Positions 61,050 through 64,000 of a DNA stretch of 64,000 nucleotides are shown here, piece after piece (the stretch's first letter is position 1; every line of letters starts with the position of its first letter). The position numbers and the translations under genes are program-made. The DNA is from Leucoraja ocellata (lineage: Eukaryota): positions 1,116,001 through 1,180,000 of the forward strand of contig JAWMAR010000079.1 in the NCBI GenBank assembly GCA_036785375.1, written 5' to 3'. The notes under the pieces were generated by a model, which had not been told where the DNA came from, did no database searches, and saw nothing but the letters and a program-made list of their open reading frames with translations.

Positions 61050-61250
61050 ACAAAGTGCTGGAGTAACTCAGCAGGTCAGGGAACATCTCTGGAAAACATG
61101 GATTGTGATGTTTCGGGTTGGGATCTTTCTTCAGACTGATCAAGGGTCCTGACCGGAAATGTCACATCCATGTTTTCCAGAGATGCTGCCTGACCCACTG
61201 AGTGACTCCAGCACTTTGTGTATTTTTGCATAAACCAGCATCTACAGTTC
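61050..61250. repeat. Fold-back of Penelope-derived terminal repeat inserted into a minus-strand V-SINE
   Basis: CACAAAGTGCTGGAGTAACTCAG...CTGAGTGACTCCAGCACTTTGTG; SINE parts at ~60950-61050 and ~61270-61380. Confidence 0.7.
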
Positions 61251-64000
61251 ATTGTTTTTACATTTTGACTTGTCACATGGTGGACATGCAAACTCCAGTG
61301 ACAGCACTTGAGGTCAGGATTGAACTTGGGTCTCTGGCGCGGGTGCAGCTTGCAGACTTGCACCAATGTACCACCCATGGTGCCATTTCCCCTGCTATGA
61401 GAGAGCATTCAGAACCTAATTCTAGCAGCTCACTTGATAGATACAATGTCAAACAGTGCAGAAGCTCCCTCACTACTGTACCTTAGTAACAGCCCAGATT
61501 TTGGGGCTCAAGTTTCAAGATGGGCTCGTCAACTCCACTGACCTTGGCTCTCCTCAATGAGGCAGGAGGCTGACATATCAGCAATGGAAAGTGGATTTTG
61601 AGACTGCGCAGAAGGCCATACCACTTGAATGAAAAGTGTATCCTGATGTGGCACTGGTGATGTTATGAAGCCATTCAGCATGAAATAGGCCCTTTGGCCC
61701 AACTCGACTGCGATGCCCAATTTACACTATTCTTGTCCATTACATTTGTTTTACTTTTCATTCTATTAAAGCAAAGAAACTCTAATGCAAATTAATCTGA
61801 ATTTGAACCAACCAACCCCCGTTGAGTTCTGCTTAGAATAAATTTACCTAGATAATCGTGTCTGCCAGATAAGTGGAATGAATTTACATGAACTTTACTG
61901 GAATAAAATGAAACCCATTTTTCTCTCACTTTATTGATATTCTCCTGTAAATGTGTTCCATTTTATTCATGTGAAGATGCAATCACCTTTGGCTGTGAAG
62001 CAACAAAACAAATGTAGAGAGAATTGAAGGGGAGAACAATTGCAAAAGGTTAAAGTACGAGTAATATTAGCACATCACCATTAGTGTTCATTAGTATAAA
62101 TTACTTATGTAAATACAAAAACAGCTTGCATTTATAGTTAACATTATCTCTAGTTTTACAAAAGGCACATCAAAGGAGTATTTCCAAACAAATTGCAGCT
62201 CTGGATCAACTGAGAAAGTATTAGTTTAGATTACCAAAGTCTGGTTAAATTAGCATGCTTTAGATGGGTGTCTTGAAGTATGAGAGAGAGGTGAAGAGGC
62301 TAAGGGAGGGATTTCTAGAGGCCAGGGTCCAAGCAGCTGAAGGCATGGCCACCAGTGTCGGAGTGACAGAATGGATGAAGTGCAAGTAGTTATGGAAGAG
62401 GAGAATGTTATGGAGGCTGAGACTATGGAGGGATGTGTGACTAGCTATAAGAATTATTTATTACATAGCACAGGGTCAATCCAGTAATAAGGGGTCTGAA
62501 GAGTGGTCCTGACCCAACAGTCGACTACCTGTCCATGTTCTCCAGATATGCTGTGTGACCTGCTGAGTTACTCCAGCACTTGGTGTCATTTAATAAGAAG
62601 TCTGGATTTCCGGTGAGCGAATAAGAACACTAGAAAATGAATAAAGACGGCTTGAATAATGAATATATGAATAAAAACTCCAAAACCTTGGAGTTTTGAA
62701 AAATATAGAGATCCTAGGAATAAAGAACATTTGTAATTTGCATTTAACCATAGTCCTGTCATTTATGGAAACTTGCTTTACATAAGCTCCATTCATTGTA
62801 ACTTACACTTGCATTAATAATAAGTAGGTGCAGAACTGACATTTCTCATTAGTGACAAGATCTGGCAGGAGATGACTGCCTGCTTACATTAGCAACGCTT
62901 CATCACAAATACTTGTCCATGACCTTGTGCAGTTAGGCCCTTCATGGTGATGAATGAGAGGTGTTATGCTTCCATTTGTATTGTGAATAACAGAGCTTGC
63001 CGTGTACTGCTTGCAGCTAAGAGTAGTATGGATAGGCAGCTCGGGTCATACTTTTCACCTCTGGTCTATGTCGCTATCTCTGCCCATGTGAAGATCAACC
63101 ATCTCACCCCACACCTGTATCCACCTATCACTTGCCATGCTCTGCCCTACTCATAGATCTCTTTTCCAATTATCTACTCCCCCCCCCCACTCATTCAGTC
63201 TAAAGAAGGATTCTGACCCAAAATGTCGCTAGTCCGTTCCCTCCATACGCGCTGCCTGACCTGCTGAGTTCCTCTGCAACTTTGCCTTCCCTTAACTGTT
63301 CCGCTGTTGCAATCTAACATTGGTTTTCCCTTTCTCTTTGAGACCGGATGCCTGAAGACTAAGTTTCCAAGTCCATTTTGGCGAGGAGGGAGGTTGGCTG
63401 TGCTAGAGCACATCGGAAAATTATCACTGTTTTCTCGGAAAACCTCAGTGGCTTCCTCTGACAAATGTTGACATTGGTTTGTGAAATCACAGTTGTAAAT
63501 ATGCAACTTACAGATGTGTGGCAGAACATTTTCAACCTCAAGTCATGAACTTCATTAGTCTGGATCAGAAATTCATTTTGTTTCCCATTCACAATGTTGT
63601 TCTTATGGAAAGAGGAAAGTGCAGGTCAAATAGCTTATTCACCGTCGTTAAGATAGACATCAAGACATTCATAATGGCTTCTTCAACATGAGTGACACCT
63701 TTGCATTGACCGAGACACCAGGGAAAATATCCTCAGTCTCCTTTGAATTGGTGTCGTAAAATTTGATATGACCACCAGGGAGAGCAAGGAGATGTCAGTT
63801 TAACAACTCATCACAAAGGCAATACCTCTGACTCCATGGCACATTGAGTCATGCACATTCTGTTCTGCATTGGGGCTTTAAACCTGCAAGAATTTTATGT
63901 GATTGTGAATGCGCTGTTGCCTGAGCTACCACCCCAGTATAATACTAATGGGAAATGCAGGAATACAGTGCAGGTAGGCTAGCTGGGGGATAAAGAACTA

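Noticed and set aside
3100-63290. Recurrent short repeat as a CRISPR-like array
   Set aside because: Copies are dispersed, in both orientations, diverged and linked to Penelope remnants; there is no repeat-spacer periodicity, and the context is eukaryotic
44000-64000. Exons of a downstream neighbour such as CTSH (adjacent in mammals)
   Set aside because: No cathepsin-like or other recognisable coding motif found by eye; short exons could have been missed

Overview
Vertebrate genomic DNA, most likely a skate or ray (elasmobranch), judged from HE1/V-SINEs, HER1/CR1-type LINE tails, Deu-domain SINEs and Penelope-derived repeats. The window holds one complete protein-coding gene on the + strand, MORF4L1 (MRG15): 12 coding exons from 6880 to 42237, a 975-nt CDS giving 324 aa, with one GC-AG intron. 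An intact tRNA-Lys(CTT) gene lies about 2.9 kb upstream. The rest is dense in transposable-element remnants, and nearly all ORFs in the supplied track are TE fragments or noise. The most unusual observations are: (1) two ultra-short (31 and 38 bp) palindromic insertions with shared CAAAGATC termini and 8-bp target-site duplications, just upstream of the tRNA; (2) a recurring minimal hammerhead-ribozyme motif at the end of a very abundant Penelope-derived repeat, often arranged as fold-backs; (3) fold-back MITEs and candidate cassette exons in MORF4L1 introns. Repeat boundaries are approximate and family names come from recognition by eye, not from database searches.
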